A stretch of DNA of 64,000 bases, taken from the NCBI GenBank assembly GCA_965249945.1, contig OZ252258.1, positions 2,563,375-2,627,374 on the forward strand, given 5' to 3'. Source of the stretch: Erythrobacter sp. (GTDB taxonomy: Bacteria; Pseudomonadota; Alphaproteobacteria; Sphingomonadales; Sphingomonadaceae). The translations under genes and the position numbers were made by a program. Every line of letters starts with the position of its first letter. Positions within the stretch are counted from its first letter, which is position 1. Positions 8,966 through 18,606 of this stretch are shown here, piece by piece. Below the pieces are notes generated by a model. The model was not told the DNA's origin, made no database searches, and saw only the letters and a list, made by a program, of their open reading frames with translations.

Positions 8966-9275
8966 GGGCAGCAAGATACTGTCCCGTGACGCCGGGCGCA
9001 TTCCTCAAATATGCGAGCATGACTTCATTCGCAGCCGCACTGTCACCGCCGATCATATTGACCCGTTTGGGCGCACATTGCCGTGCCAGATCGCGAATCA
9101 CACCCATGCGCCAATCGTCATGATCGGGACCAGCCCCGGGGACGATAATCGCGAGAGCGCTGCTAGCATTGTCGGCAATCAGCGCCTTTGCGCGTGGCAG
9201 ATGTTCGGCAAAGAAGGCCTCGCTGGCATTCAGGGGCGCTTCGGGCAGCGTTTCGATATGCTGAACCTGCTGCAT
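8958..9275 (-). CDS. short SDR-derived (Rossmann-like) protein lacking cofactor and catalytic motifs
   Basis: 105 aa. The C-terminus (KRVNMIGGDS...VTGQYLAAHE) mimics the SDR C-terminal RVN.I.PG...ITGQ.L.VDGG region. No GxxxGxG or YxxxK is present. It is coupled to folB (TGATG) and moaA (8-nt overlap). Confidence 0.55.
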   Translation of the reverse strand: MQQVQHIETLPEAPLNASEAFFAEHLPRAKALIADNASSALAIIVPGAGPDHDDWRMGVIRDLARQCAPKRVNMIGGDSAAANEVMLAYLRNAPGVTGQYLAAHE

Positions 9276-9652
9276 CAGTCTGTGGGACGTTCACGATGCA
9301 TCGTAATGCCGATCTGCTCATTGGCTTCGGCAATGGCGAGCTTGACGATCTTGACCGTGACCCCTTCCACCCGACGGTCCTGCACGAACAAAGTCTCACA
9401 AATATGCTCGGCTACTGCCTCAATCAGCTTGAAATGCACGTCTTTGGGTAGGCCTTCCGAGGCAGCAAACTTCAAATCCATATAATTCTTGCTCGCTTCG
9501 AGCGGCGTGTCAGGCGCGTAATGACCGGCCATCGTGAGCCGCGCCGCGATCGAGATGCGCAGCGGCTGCGGTTTGCCGGTCTCCTCGGAGTAAATCCCGG
9601 TCAGCACGTCGACTTCGAGGTCGTTGACTTCAAGAATGAGAGAATCGGTCAT
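9275..9652 (-). CDS. folB: dihydroneopterin aldolase
   Basis: 125 aa from MTDSLILEVNDLEVDVLTGIYSEE... (FolB-type fold repeat pattern). The longer start at 9802 would overlap the upstream methyltransferase. Confidence 0.75.
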   Translation of the reverse strand: MTDSLILEVNDLEVDVLTGIYSEETGKPQPLRISIAARLTMAGHYAPDTPLEASKNYMDLKFAASEGLPKDVHFKLIEAVAEHICETLFVQDRRVEGVTVKIVKLAIAEANEQIGITMHRERPTD

Positions 9653-9665
9653 CGCTGTTTGAGCC

Positions 9666-10556
9666 TTAGCCCGGATTGCTCCATCGCGCGAAGATTGCGG
9701 TGGGTAGAAGCCGCGCTTGATCCCCAGTCTCGCGCACCGCCAAGTCACCATGTTCAATCTTGCCCGGCAAATGGCTAAGCATCTCTTGCAGAAGACCGGC
9801 AAGCGCCAGACTGCTCATCCGCACCGCATAGACGGTGAGAAACAGGAAACGGCTGTCGCGATCGAGCAGTTTCGCGCAATCACCGACGAGACCAGGCAGG
9901 CCCTCTTCGATCCGCCAGGTCTCGTTCTTGGGGCCACGGCCAAATTTGGGCGGGTCGAGGATGATCCCGTCATAGCGTCGCTCTCGCCTCACCTCGCGCG
10001 CGGTGAACTTGGCGGCATCGTCAACCATCCAGCGGATCGGACGCTCCTCCATCCCGCTCAGATCAGCATTGCCGCGCGCTTGGGCGACAGACTTCTTCGA
10101 GGCATCGACATGGGTCACGCGGCCATGGCCGCTTAGCGCAAGGCTCCCCACGCCAGTGTAGCCGAACAAATTCATCGTCTCGGCATCGCGCCGCTCGCCC
10201 AATTGTTCGCGCATCCAGCTCCACACCGGCGCCATGTCGGGAAAGTACTGCAAATGGCGGAAGGGTGTCGGTTGCGCGGTGAAGGTCACGTCGTTCCAGG
10301 ATACCGTCCAGCCTTGCTCCGGCACTGGCTTGCTCAACGACCAGCGCCCGCCGCCATCCTCGTCCGCGCCGGGCACGAATTCACCATGAGCGTCCCACTC
10401 AGCGAGGCGCGGCGACCACATGGCCTGCGGCTCAGGGCGGACAAATTTGTGCTCGCCAAAGCTCTCAAACTTGCGGCCATGTCCGCTGTCGAGGAGGCGG
10501 TAGCCATCCCAGCCCTCGCCCACCATCACAATTGGATCGTGGCGCAACTTAGCCAT
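9666..10556 (-). CDS. class I SAM-dependent (rRNA-type, COG1092-like) methyltransferase
   Basis: 296 aa. SAM motif I LFGYTGVGSLALSG, HVDASK, and a post-I DPPKFGRG motif. Confidence 0.75.
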   Translation of the reverse strand: MAKLRHDPIVMVGEGWDGYRLLDSGHGRKFESFGEHKFVRPEPQAMWSPRLAEWDAHGEFVPGADEDGGGRWSLSKPVPEQGWTVSWNDVTFTAQPTPFRHLQYFPDMAPVWSWMREQLGERRDAETMNLFGYTGVGSLALSGHGRVTHVDASKKSVAQARGNADLSGMEERPIRWMVDDAAKFTAREVRRERRYDGIILDPPKFGRGPKNETWRIEEGLPGLVGDCAKLLDRDSRFLFLTVYAVRMSSLALAGLLQEMLSHLPGKIEHGDLAVRETGDQARLLPTAIFARWSNPG

Positions 10557-11950
10557 CAGGCCCCGGAGTTCTCTAGAACGAAGGCTCGCACAGTGTCGTA
10601 TTCGCCAGGCTGCTCGGTATATTTCTCTTCGCGAGCGAACAGATCTCCAACCCGTTGTGGCAATTGCGGCCGGATTCCGGTCGATCGCTCGACGGCGTCA
10701 TGGAACTTGGCCGGATGGGCGGTTGCCAGCGTGACGATCGGAACCGAAGCATCAAGCGGCGAAACCAATGCGGCATGGAGCCCGATGGCGGTGTGCGGAT
10801 CGATCACTTGCCCGGCCGAGTCATAGGCCCAGCGCAAAGCTTGAGCCATCTCGGTGTTGTCCGCACGAGCGCTGGTAAAAAGCGCCGATGCGCCTTCACG
10901 CTGCGCATTGGTCAGCCGCATGGCGCGTGCAGTCTCAAAACCAGCCATTTGCTCAGCCATGGCTTTGCCGTCACGGCCGCCGCAATCGAACAACAGGCGC
11001 TCAAAGTTTGAACTGACCTGGATGTCCATCGATGGTGTTGCCGTGGGTGTGACCGAACCGGTTGAGTAATCACCGTCGGACAAAGCCCGGTGCAGGATGT
11101 CGTTGACATTGGTCGCGACAATCAGCTGCTCGATCGGCAGACCCATCTGGGCCGCGACATAGCCGGCAAAGACATCACCGAAATTGCCAGTCGGGACGCT
11201 GTAGGCGGCGGCGCGATGCGGTGCGCCAAGCTGAAGACCGGCTGCGAAGTAATAGACCACCTGCGCCATCAAGCGTGCCCAGTTGATCGAATTAACGGCA
11301 CCGATGTTGAGCTTGCCGGTCAGCTCGGGATCGTTGAACATCCGTTTGACCATTGCCTGAGCGTCGTCAAAGCTGCCCTCAATCGCAATGTTGTGAACGT
11401 TGGGCGCGCGCACCGTCGTCATCTGGCGGCGCTGTACCTCGCTCACCCGACCTTTTGGATGGAGCATGAAAATCTCGGCGCCCTCGCGCCCTGCTACTGC
11501 GTCAATCGCGGCGGAGCCGGTGTCGCCGCTGGTTGCCCCCACAATCGTCAGCTTTGAGCCGCGGCGCGCGAGGAAGGTCTCGAACAACTGCCCCAGCAAT
11601 TGCAGGGCGACATCCTTGAACGCCAAGGTCGGCCCATGGAACAGTTCGAGCAACCATTGACGCTCATCAAGCTGTACAAGCGGGGTAACGGCCTTGTGCG
11701 CGAAGCGACCATAGGCCTGCTCGCAAAGTCCTCTCAACTCGTCTTCAGTCAGGCTTCCGGCCACGAAGGGGGTCATCACCCGGGTCGCCAGCTCAGCATA
11801 GGGCAAGCCGGCCATGGCAGTGATTTCGTCCTTGCTGAAGCTTGGCCAAACGCGTGGCAAATAGAGTCCGCCATCGCTGGCCAGACCGGTCAGGGTCACG
11901 CCTTCGAAATCGAGCGTCGGAGCGCTCCCGCGAGTTGAAACATATTCCAT
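10556..11950 (-). CDS. thrC: threonine synthase
   Basis: 464 aa. PLP lysine context HGPTLAFKDVALQ, GATSGDTGSA and the overall long-form ThrC pattern. Confidence 0.95.
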   Translation of the reverse strand: MEYVSTRGSAPTLDFEGVTLTGLASDGGLYLPRVWPSFSKDEITAMAGLPYAELATRVMTPFVAGSLTEDELRGLCEQAYGRFAHKAVTPLVQLDERQWLLELFHGPTLAFKDVALQLLGQLFETFLARRGSKLTIVGATSGDTGSAAIDAVAGREGAEIFMLHPKGRVSEVQRRQMTTVRAPNVHNIAIEGSFDDAQAMVKRMFNDPELTGKLNIGAVNSINWARLMAQVVYYFAAGLQLGAPHRAAAYSVPTGNFGDVFAGYVAAQMGLPIEQLIVATNVNDILHRALSDGDYSTGSVTPTATPSMDIQVSSNFERLLFDCGGRDGKAMAEQMAGFETARAMRLTNAQREGASALFTSARADNTEMAQALRWAYDSAGQVIDPHTAIGLHAALVSPLDASVPIVTLATAHPAKFHDAVERSTGIRPQLPQRVGDLFAREEKYTEQPGEYDTVRAFVLENSGA

Positions 11951-12011
11951 TGGGCTGTGGCGGTTAGCGGGGAGTTATGGCGCTGGCAAGCAGCAGAGAT
12001 GGTCGGGCGCT

Positions 12012-12581
12012 CTAGCCGCGCTTCTTGCGCCGGCCGCGGAGTGCAAAGCCATAGATCACCAGGGCGGTCAGGGCGAAGAAGAACCATTGGCCAGCATAGG
12101 CGAGATGGTTATTGGGCAGATCATTGGGATCGGGCGCCGCCAAGGCTTCCAGACCGGCCAACGGAGGGTCAGCGACCAGCTTGCCCTTGGGACCGAGCAC
12201 GCCAACCACTGAGCCCCCTTCCCACTCCGGAGCGACGGCGCTGATGGTCCAGCCCAGCGCCACTTCGACTTGCTGATCGCCGTCAAAGCTGCACTTTGCC
12301 ACATGCGACCATCCCTTTGCGCCATTGGCGCTGGTCGCCGCGGTGCTCCGCATGCCAGCAGGTGCGCCGCAATCAAAACTGAGCCGCCGATACAGCAACT
12401 CTTCCTGCCAATTGCCTTCCGCGACCAATGGCTGAGCCGCCTGATCCACCGGAATTGTCGAATAGCGCGCAATCATCGCGGTCTTCTCTTCGGAGCGGCC
12501 CAATTGCCAGAACCCCAGCGCGACCATTACCGCCGCTGCGGCAACGACCAGGATGGTGGGAATGATCGGGACCCGGGGCAT
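12012..12581 (-). CDS. SURF1 family cytochrome oxidase biogenesis protein
   Basis: 189 aa. N-terminal TM plus GFWQLGR and a C-terminal HLAYAGQWFFFAL TM, the SURF1 signature. It sits at the end of the cta cluster. Confidence 0.85.
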   Translation of the reverse strand: MPRVPIIPTILVVAAAAVMVALGFWQLGRSEEKTAMIARYSTIPVDQAAQPLVAEGNWQEELLYRRLSFDCGAPAGMRSTAATSANGAKGWSHVAKCSFDGDQQVEVALGWTISAVAPEWEGGSVVGVLGPKGKLVADPPLAGLEALAAPDPNDLPNNHLAYAGQWFFFALTALVIYGFALRGRRKKRG

Positions 12582-12584
12582 GTC

Positions 12585-12968
12585 TCACTCATCCTCCGTG
12601 CAATAGCGGCGCTGGTAAGCGGCGAGCATCGGCAGGGTCTTGAACACCCGCAAGCTCGCAAGCACCACCATCGCAGTCAGCGGGAGCCACAGCGCCAGCT
12701 GGAGCCAGAATGGCGGTCGCAGCCACATATCGAGGCCTGTGGCGAGCATGATCAAGAGGATGGCAATGATCGCGGTGAACATGCCAGCGAAGCGGCCACT
12801 GCCCTCGAGCTCCGCAAATGGCAGCTCACATTCGGCGCATTTGATGGCGAGTTGGGCGGGCGCTTCGAAAAGGGTCTTGGCTCCGCAGCGTGGGCAGCGA
12901 CCAAAAAGGGCAGCCTGGACCAAGTCCGGCTGCCCCTGTTTGTTGGACGAATTCTCGTCCGAATTCAT
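12585..12968 (-). CDS. DUF983 zinc-ribbon membrane protein
   Basis: 127 aa. CPRCG...CAEC zinc ribbon followed by two TM helices, in the conserved position after ctaE. Confidence 0.75.
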   Translation of the reverse strand: MNSDENSSNKQGQPDLVQAALFGRCPRCGAKTLFEAPAQLAIKCAECELPFAELEGSGRFAGMFTAIIAILLIMLATGLDMWLRPPFWLQLALWLPLTAMVVLASLRVFKTLPMLAAYQRRYCTEDE

Positions 12969-13843
12969 CAGTGGAATTCAGCGCCCCAGCCGCCCCAGAT
13001 GTAGACTGCGACGAACAGGAAGAGCCAGACCACATCAACGAAGTGCCAATACCAAGCAGCGGCCTCAAAGCCGAAATGCTGGCGCGGCGTGAAGTGGCCA
13101 ATGTACGAACGATAGAGGCAAACGATCAGGAAGATCGTGCCGATCAGAACGTGGAAGCCGTGGAAGCCGGTCGCCATGTAGAAGGCCGAGCTGTAGGTGT
13201 TGCCACCGAAGCCGAACGGGGCGATGCCATATTCGTAAGCCTGGATGCCGGTGAACAGAACGCCCAGAGCAATGGTCGCCCACAGACCCTGCTTGAGGCC
13301 TTCACGATCACCGTGGATCAGCGCGTGGTGCGCCCAGGTCACGGTCGTGCCCGAGCACAGCAGGATCAGCGTGTTGAGCAACGGCAGTGAGAACGGGTTG
13401 AGCACCTCCATACCCTCGGGCACGAAGCTGCCGCCGGTCAGCGTGTTGTCCTGCAGGAACTCATTGGTCGTCACCCCGCTCGCGGCGTCGTAGAGCAACG
13501 GCTCTGGGAACAGTGCGAAGTCGAAGAAGCTCCAGAACCAGCCGACAAAGAACATCACTTCCGAAGCGATGAACAGGATCATGCCATATCGCATGTGGAG
13601 CTGAACCACCGGGGTGTGGTCGCCGCGCTGCGCTTCGATCGTGACATTGCGGAACCACATGAAGAAAGTCGCAATCAGACCAGCCAGGCCCAAACCCATG
13701 ACGATATTGCCAGCATTGCCGAACAGATCAGGGTGGAAGCTCAGGACCATGCCCGAGGTGAAGCTCAAAGCCGAAAGCGAGCCGATCAGCGGCCAGATAT
13801 CGGGGTCTAGAATGTGATAATCGTGGTTGACGTTGCCAGCCAT
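12968..13843 (-). CDS. ctaE: cytochrome c oxidase subunit III
   Basis: 291 aa, 7 TM. HHDYHILDPDIWP, GFHGFHVLIGT and WYWHFVDVVWLFLF motifs. Confidence 0.95.
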   Translation of the reverse strand: MAGNVNHDYHILDPDIWPLIGSLSALSFTSGMVLSFHPDLFGNAGNIVMGLGLAGLIATFFMWFRNVTIEAQRGDHTPVVQLHMRYGMILFIASEVMFFVGWFWSFFDFALFPEPLLYDAASGVTTNEFLQDNTLTGGSFVPEGMEVLNPFSLPLLNTLILLCSGTTVTWAHHALIHGDREGLKQGLWATIALGVLFTGIQAYEYGIAPFGFGGNTYSSAFYMATGFHGFHVLIGTIFLIVCLYRSYIGHFTPRQHFGFEAAAWYWHFVDVVWLFLFVAVYIWGGWGAEFH

Positions 13844-13876
13844 GTCGGAATTCCCGTCCCTTGCAGCGTAAGGCCC

Positions 13877-14479
13877 TTACGAGCCCGAATTCAAGCGATC
13901 CAGAGCCGATGATACGGGCTCCTTGGCGCGGTGAAAAGTGTAACTCAGCGTGATTTGTTCGACATCCTGCATAAACTCATCTTCGAGGATGGCAGGGTCG
14001 ACATAATACAGCACAGGCATGCGAACTTCCTGCCCGGGCTGCAGAGTCTGCTCGGTGAAGCAGAAGCACTGAATCTTGTGAAAATAGACGCCGGCCTGTG
14101 CCGGCTCGACATTGAAGGTCGCGGTCCCGGTGATCGGCTGCGTGCTGTGGTTCTTGGCAACATAGGTTGCCATGTCGCGAATTCCGATCTGGACCGTGTC
14201 GGTCGCCTGGCTCGGGCGGAATTCCCACGGCACATTGCCAGCGGTCGAAGCGTCGAAACGGATCGACATGGTCTGGCCTCCTGCCAGAGAAGCCGCCTTG
14301 TTCGCTTCGTAAGCGGTCGCCACCTGGGTGGTTCCGCCAAAGCCCGTCACCCGGCAGAACAGATCGTACAGCGGCACCGCAGCGTAGCCGAGGCCGAGCA
14401 TCGCCAGCGCGCCGAGAATCGCATAAAGGCCAACGCGGGCGTTCTTTTGTTCTAGGTTCGATGCGGCAGCCACGCTCAT
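13877..14479 (-). CDS. ctaG: cytochrome c oxidase assembly protein CtaG/Cox11
   Basis: 200 aa from MSVAAASN. It has a TM helix, then PLYDLFCRVTGFGGTTQ and the copper-binding IQCFCF motif. The upstream 139 codons of the ORF are a shadow over ctaB. Confidence 0.9.
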   Translation of the reverse strand: MSVAAASNLEQKNARVGLYAILGALAMLGLGYAAVPLYDLFCRVTGFGGTTQVATAYEANKAASLAGGQTMSIRFDASTAGNVPWEFRPSQATDTVQIGIRDMATYVAKNHSTQPITGTATFNVEPAQAGVYFHKIQCFCFTEQTLQPGQEVRMPVLYYVDPAILEDEFMQDVEQITLSYTFHRAKEPVSSALDRLNSGS

Positions 14480-14607
14480 CACTGACTCCCCAACCGGGCG
14501 ATTGTGATCGCATAGAACAGCACGACGAAGAACAGCAGCGTTCCTCCAACCACGAGATTGCGCGATTTTTGGCGACGCTTGAATTCGATTTCCTCTTCCG
14601 GCGTCAC
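14479..14607 (-). CDS. 42-aa single-TM protein between ctaB and ctaG (unannotated small ORF)
   Basis: GTG start shares GTGA with the ctaB stop, and its TGA shares TGATG with the ctaG start. It encodes [43 protein letters not shown], a charged N-terminus plus one TM helix. Confidence 0.45.
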   Translation of the reverse strand: MTPEEEIEFKRRQKSRNLVVGGTLLFFVVLFYAITIARLGSQ

Positions 14608-15527
14608 GACAGGATCCCCTGGCCGTAGAGCACACGGTCAGCGACCAGCGCCGCGAACAGTATGAAGAGATAATAGATGCTGTATTTGAACAGCGTCTTC
14701 TCGGGCTGCATCGAGTCCGCTTCGCCATCGCGATCGCGCCGCCACACCGGCCAGGCCAAAGCGAGGAACAGAGCAGACAGCACCACCGAGACCGAGCCAT
14801 AGACCCAGCCAGTGGCGCCGATCGCCCATGGCGCAATCGCCAGTGGAGCCAGCAAGATTGTGTAGAGAAGGATCTGATTGCGCGTGACCCGTTCACCCGC
14901 CACCACCGGCAGCATAGGAATGCCGACCTTGGCGTAGTCCGACTTTACGAACAGCGCGAGCGCCCAGAAATGCGGCGGAGTCCAGAAGAAGATGATCGCG
15001 AACAGCAGAACCGGCATCAGCGTGATCTCGCCGGTTACGGCGACCCAGCCGATCATCGGAGGGAAGGCTCCAGCGCCGCCGCCGATCACGATGTTCTGCG
15101 GGGTCCTTGGCTTGAGCCACATGGTGTAGATCACCGCGTAATAGACCACGGCCGCGGCAAGAATTGTCGCCGCGAGCCAGCCGACAGCCACGCCCATCAG
15201 GAACACAGCTGCGAGCGACAGGAACACGCCGAAGTCGCGGGCATCGTCGCGCCGCATCCGACCGGTCGGCAATGGCCGGTTGGCAGTGCGCTTCATCCCG
15301 GCGTCAATATCGGCTTCCCACCAATGGTTGAGCGCAGCCGACCCCCCCGCGCCCATCGCGATCGCGAGGACGGCGGTGAAGCCCAGCACCGGGTGGATCG
15401 TGCCTGGCGCTGCGAGCAGACCGCAAATGCCCGTGAAAATGACGAGCGTCAGCACGCGCGGCTTGGTTAGCGTGAAGAAATCACGCCAATCGGCCGGCAT
15501 TGCTGTGGTGTTCGTCTGAGCAGTCAT
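14604..15527 (-). CDS. ctaB: protoheme IX farnesyltransferase (heme O synthase)
   Basis: 307 aa from MTAQTNT. UbiA-family motifs ([25 protein letters not shown]) are present. The ORF extension to 15638 overlaps ctaD. Confidence 0.9.
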   Translation of the reverse strand: MTAQTNTTAMPADWRDFFTLTKPRVLTLVIFTGICGLLAAPGTIHPVLGFTAVLAIAMGAGGSAALNHWWEADIDAGMKRTANRPLPTGRMRRDDARDFGVFLSLAAVFLMGVAVGWLAATILAAAVVYYAVIYTMWLKPRTPQNIVIGGGAGAFPPMIGWVAVTGEITLMPVLLFAIIFFWTPPHFWALALFVKSDYAKVGIPMLPVVAGERVTRNQILLYTILLAPLAIAPWAIGATGWVYGSVSVVLSALFLALAWPVWRRDRDGEADSMQPEKTLFKYSIYYLFILFAALVADRVLYGQGILS

Positions 15528-15634
15528 CGCGCTTTTCGTCTTCAGTCCTGTTTTGCAGAGAGCGCACCATGACGGCGCGCTCCCCTTATTCAGTCGGAGT
15601 TCGGACCATTCGGCCCCTGGAACTCCGGGATCAA

Positions 15635-17353
15635 TCAAGCCGATGCCGACTTCTGATCCTTGGGCATGTGATCGTGGTAATCGTGGTGATCCTCGATCAC
15701 AGGCAGGGTTTCAAACTGGTGGAACGGCGGCGGGCTCGACAGTGTCCACTCAAGCGTGGTTGCGCCTTCACCCCATGGATTGTTGCCCGGCTTCTTGCCC
15801 GCAATGAATGCGTAGGCGACGTTGACGAAGAAGATCACCATCGACGCGGCCATGATGTGATAGCCGTAAGAGCTGACCTGGTTCCAGAAGGCATAATCAA
15901 TCGGGAAGTCTGGAATACGACGCGGCATTCCGTTCATCCCCAGGAAGTGCTGCGGGAAGAAGATCACGTTCACCCCGATGAAGAAGATCCAGAAGTGCAG
16001 GTGCGACAGGAATTCGCTGTGCATCCGGCCGCTCATCTTCGGGAACCAATAATAGAACCCGGCGAACAGCGAGAACACCGCACCCATCGACAGCACGTAG
16101 TGGAAGTGAGCCACAACGTAATAGGTGTCATGCAAATTGTCGTCGATGCCGCCATTGGCGAGCACAACGCCGGTCACACCACCCACCGTGAACAGGAAGA
16201 TGAAGCCCAGCGCCCAAACCATTGGTGATTTGAACTCCATGCTGCCGCCCCACATGGTGGCGACCCAGCTGAAGATCTTCACGCCGGTAGGAACCGCGAT
16301 GACCATCGTGGCCGCGGTGAAGTACATCTTCGTATTCACGTCCAAGCCGACGGTGTACATGTGGTGCGCCCACACGATGAAGCCGACCACGCCAATCGCG
16401 ACCATGGCGTAGGCCATGCCGAGATAGCCGAACACAGGCTTGCGGCTGAAGGTCGCAACGATCTGCGAGATCATGCCGAAGCCCGGCAGGATCATGATGT
16501 AGACCTCTGGGTGACCGAAGAACCAGAACAAGTGCTGGTACAGCACCGGGTCACCGCCACCGGCCGGGTCGAAGAAGGTGGTTCCGAAGTTACGGTCGGT
16601 CAGCAGCATGGTGATCGCCGCCGCCAGAACCGGCAGAGCAAGCAACAGAAGGAAGGCCGTAACCAGCACCGACCACACGAACAGCGGCATTTTGTGCAGG
16701 GTCATCCCCGGCGCACGCATGTTGAAGATGGTGGTGATGAAGTTGGTTGCACCAAGGATCGAGCCAGCGCCCGCCAAGTGCAGCGAGAAAATCGCGAAAT
16801 CGACCGCAGGGCCGACCGACCCGGTGGTTGAAAGCGGCGCATAGACCGTCCAGCCGACACCAGCGCCTGAGCCAGTACCGCCAGGGACAAACAGCGAGAA
16901 GATCAGGCTGAGGAAACCAGCCACCGTCAACCAGAACGAAATGTTGTTCATCCGCGGGAACGCCATATCCGGCGCACCGATCATCAGCGGCACGAACCAG
17001 TTGCCAAAGCCCCCGATCATGGCTGGCATGACCATGAAGAAGACCATGATCAGACCGTGCGCAGTGATGAACACATTCCACATGTGAAGCGCTGCGTTCT
17101 CATCCGCTGCGCCACCCATGAATTGCGACCACCAGGACAGATACTGAATGCCTGGCTCAGCCAGTTCCATCCGCATCACGCCCGAAATGGCGCCGCCGAT
17201 GATGCCCGCGAAGATCGCGAAGATCAGGTAGAGCGTGCCGATATCCTTGTGGTTGGTCGACATGAACCAACGGGCTAAAAAGCCCGGCTTGTGATCCGCA
17301 TCATGTGCATGATCATCGTGGTGAGCGTCGAAACCTTCAGCGGTGGTTGCCAT
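15635..17353 (-). CDS. ctaD: cytochrome c oxidase subunit I (aa3 type)
   Basis: 572 aa. The canonical sequence is unmistakable ([29 protein letters not shown]). Confidence 0.97.
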   Translation of the reverse strand: MATTAEGFDAHHDDHAHDADHKPGFLARWFMSTNHKDIGTLYLIFAIFAGIIGGAISGVMRMELAEPGIQYLSWWSQFMGGAADENAALHMWNVFITAHGLIMVFFMVMPAMIGGFGNWFVPLMIGAPDMAFPRMNNISFWLTVAGFLSLIFSLFVPGGTGSGAGVGWTVYAPLSTTGSVGPAVDFAIFSLHLAGAGSILGATNFITTIFNMRAPGMTLHKMPLFVWSVLVTAFLLLLALPVLAAAITMLLTDRNFGTTFFDPAGGGDPVLYQHLFWFFGHPEVYIMILPGFGMISQIVATFSRKPVFGYLGMAYAMVAIGVVGFIVWAHHMYTVGLDVNTKMYFTAATMVIAVPTGVKIFSWVATMWGGSMEFKSPMVWALGFIFLFTVGGVTGVVLANGGIDDNLHDTYYVVAHFHYVLSMGAVFSLFAGFYYWFPKMSGRMHSEFLSHLHFWIFFIGVNVIFFPQHFLGMNGMPRRIPDFPIDYAFWNQVSSYGYHIMAASMVIFFVNVAYAFIAGKKPGNNPWGEGATTLEWTLSSPPPFHQFETLPVIEDHHDYHDHMPKDQKSASA

Positions 17354-17399
17354 CGTTCAGATTCTTTCGGTTCGCGTTATTCGTTCAAATTCGGTTCTA

Positions 17400-18380
17400 T
17401 CAGGCGGCTTCGTCAGCTTCGGCCGTTTCGTCGGCTTCTACTTCGGTTTCCGCTTCGGCCACGTCGGCTCCGGGGAGCACGCCGCCAGGCTGCTCAGCCA
17501 CCCAGGCCTCAAACTCTTCCATTGGCAGAGCCTCGACCGCAATCGGCATATAGCCATGGCGCGCGCCGCACAGTTCGGAGCATTGGCCGTAATAAACGCC
17601 AGGCTCGTCGATGATCAGCATGCTCTCGTTCAAGCGTCCTGGCACTGCGTCCATCTTGAACCACAGCGAAGGCACGGCGAAAGCATGAATAACGTCAGCC
17701 GCGGTAGTCTGGATCCGCAGCGGAACGCCCGCAGGAACAACCATGCGATTGTCGACCGCCAACAGATGTGGCTCACCGCTCTCAAGTGCGTCGGCCTCAG
17801 ACAGCATGTTCGAGATCACCTCAAAGCCGCCATGGTCGGGATATTCGTAGCCCCAGTACCACTGATAGCCGATCGCCTTGATCGTCACTGCTTCCTCGGG
17901 CGGGGTCTCGTACTGTTTGGCCAAGAGTGAGATTGACGGCACCGCAATTACCACCAGGATAATCACCGGTACGATTGTCCAAACCACTTCGATCAGCGTG
18001 TTGTGAGTCGTCTTCGAGGCGACCGGATTGGCACGTCGGTTGTAGCGCACAATCACCCACAGCAGCAGGAACAGCACGAACAGACTGATCACGGTGATTA
18101 CCGGGAGCAGGATGTAGTCATGCATGAACAGCGCGGTTCGACCGACGTCGGAATATTGATCCTGAAAGGTCATGCTTGCGAGAGCATCATCCTCATAGGC
18201 GGTCGGCATACCCTTGCCTTCGGTCGGTGCCATCGGGGTGTAACCCCCTGCAGCCTCAGCGGTTTCCTCCACCGCCTCTGTCGCTTCCGGAGCGTCCTGA
18301 GCAAGCGCAGCGCTTGGCGCAAAAGCGATCATCACCGCCGCCATAAGCGCAGTGAGTGCCAATTTAAGATGGCCTACCAT
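17400..18380 (-). CDS. ctaC: cytochrome c oxidase subunit II with acidic C-terminal tail
   Basis: CuA site HAFAVPSLWFKMDAVPGR...GQCSELCGARHGYMP. The start is uncertain, with in-frame ATGs at 18380, 18395, 18404 and 18470. 18380 gives the signal peptide MVGHLKLALTALMAAVMIAFAPSAALA. Confidence 0.9.
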   Translation of the reverse strand: MVGHLKLALTALMAAVMIAFAPSAALAQDAPEATEAVEETAEAAGGYTPMAPTEGKGMPTAYEDDALASMTFQDQYSDVGRTALFMHDYILLPVITVISLFVLFLLLWVIVRYNRRANPVASKTTHNTLIEVVWTIVPVIILVVIAVPSISLLAKQYETPPEEAVTIKAIGYQWYWGYEYPDHGGFEVISNMLSEADALESGEPHLLAVDNRMVVPAGVPLRIQTTAADVIHAFAVPSLWFKMDAVPGRLNESMLIIDEPGVYYGQCSELCGARHGYMPIAVEALPMEEFEAWVAEQPGGVLPGADVAEAETEVEADETAEADEAA

Positions 18381-18606
18381 ATGACCCAATTCCATGTGTC
18401 TCATTATCCGAAGCTGATCCCATTTCGCCCAAGCGGCGCCCCCTGAAAAAAGGCCACCAGACGTTATCATCCGACCGGCATTGCTGCCAGCGTTCCGGTC
18501 CCCTTAGCTGCGCTTGCTCACTGTCTCAAGCGCTTCTAGGGAGAATTTTATGCAAGCCAGCATGTTTGGCCTGCAAGTTTGTGAATAAGGTACTATCTCT
18601 CCCGCC

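Noticed and set aside
11657-11670. Third FNR-like box, TTGACGCTCATCAA
   Set aside because: It lies about 290 nt inside the thrC coding region with no downstream start to serve. It is probably fortuitous or non-functional, although an internal promoter for the downstream operon cannot be excluded without data.
14480-15638. Long upstream extensions of the ctaG (to 14896) and ctaB (to 15638) ORFs
   Set aside because: The extensions overlap the upstream cta genes in other frames. Family-typical N-termini start at 14479 (ctaG) and 15527 (ctaB).
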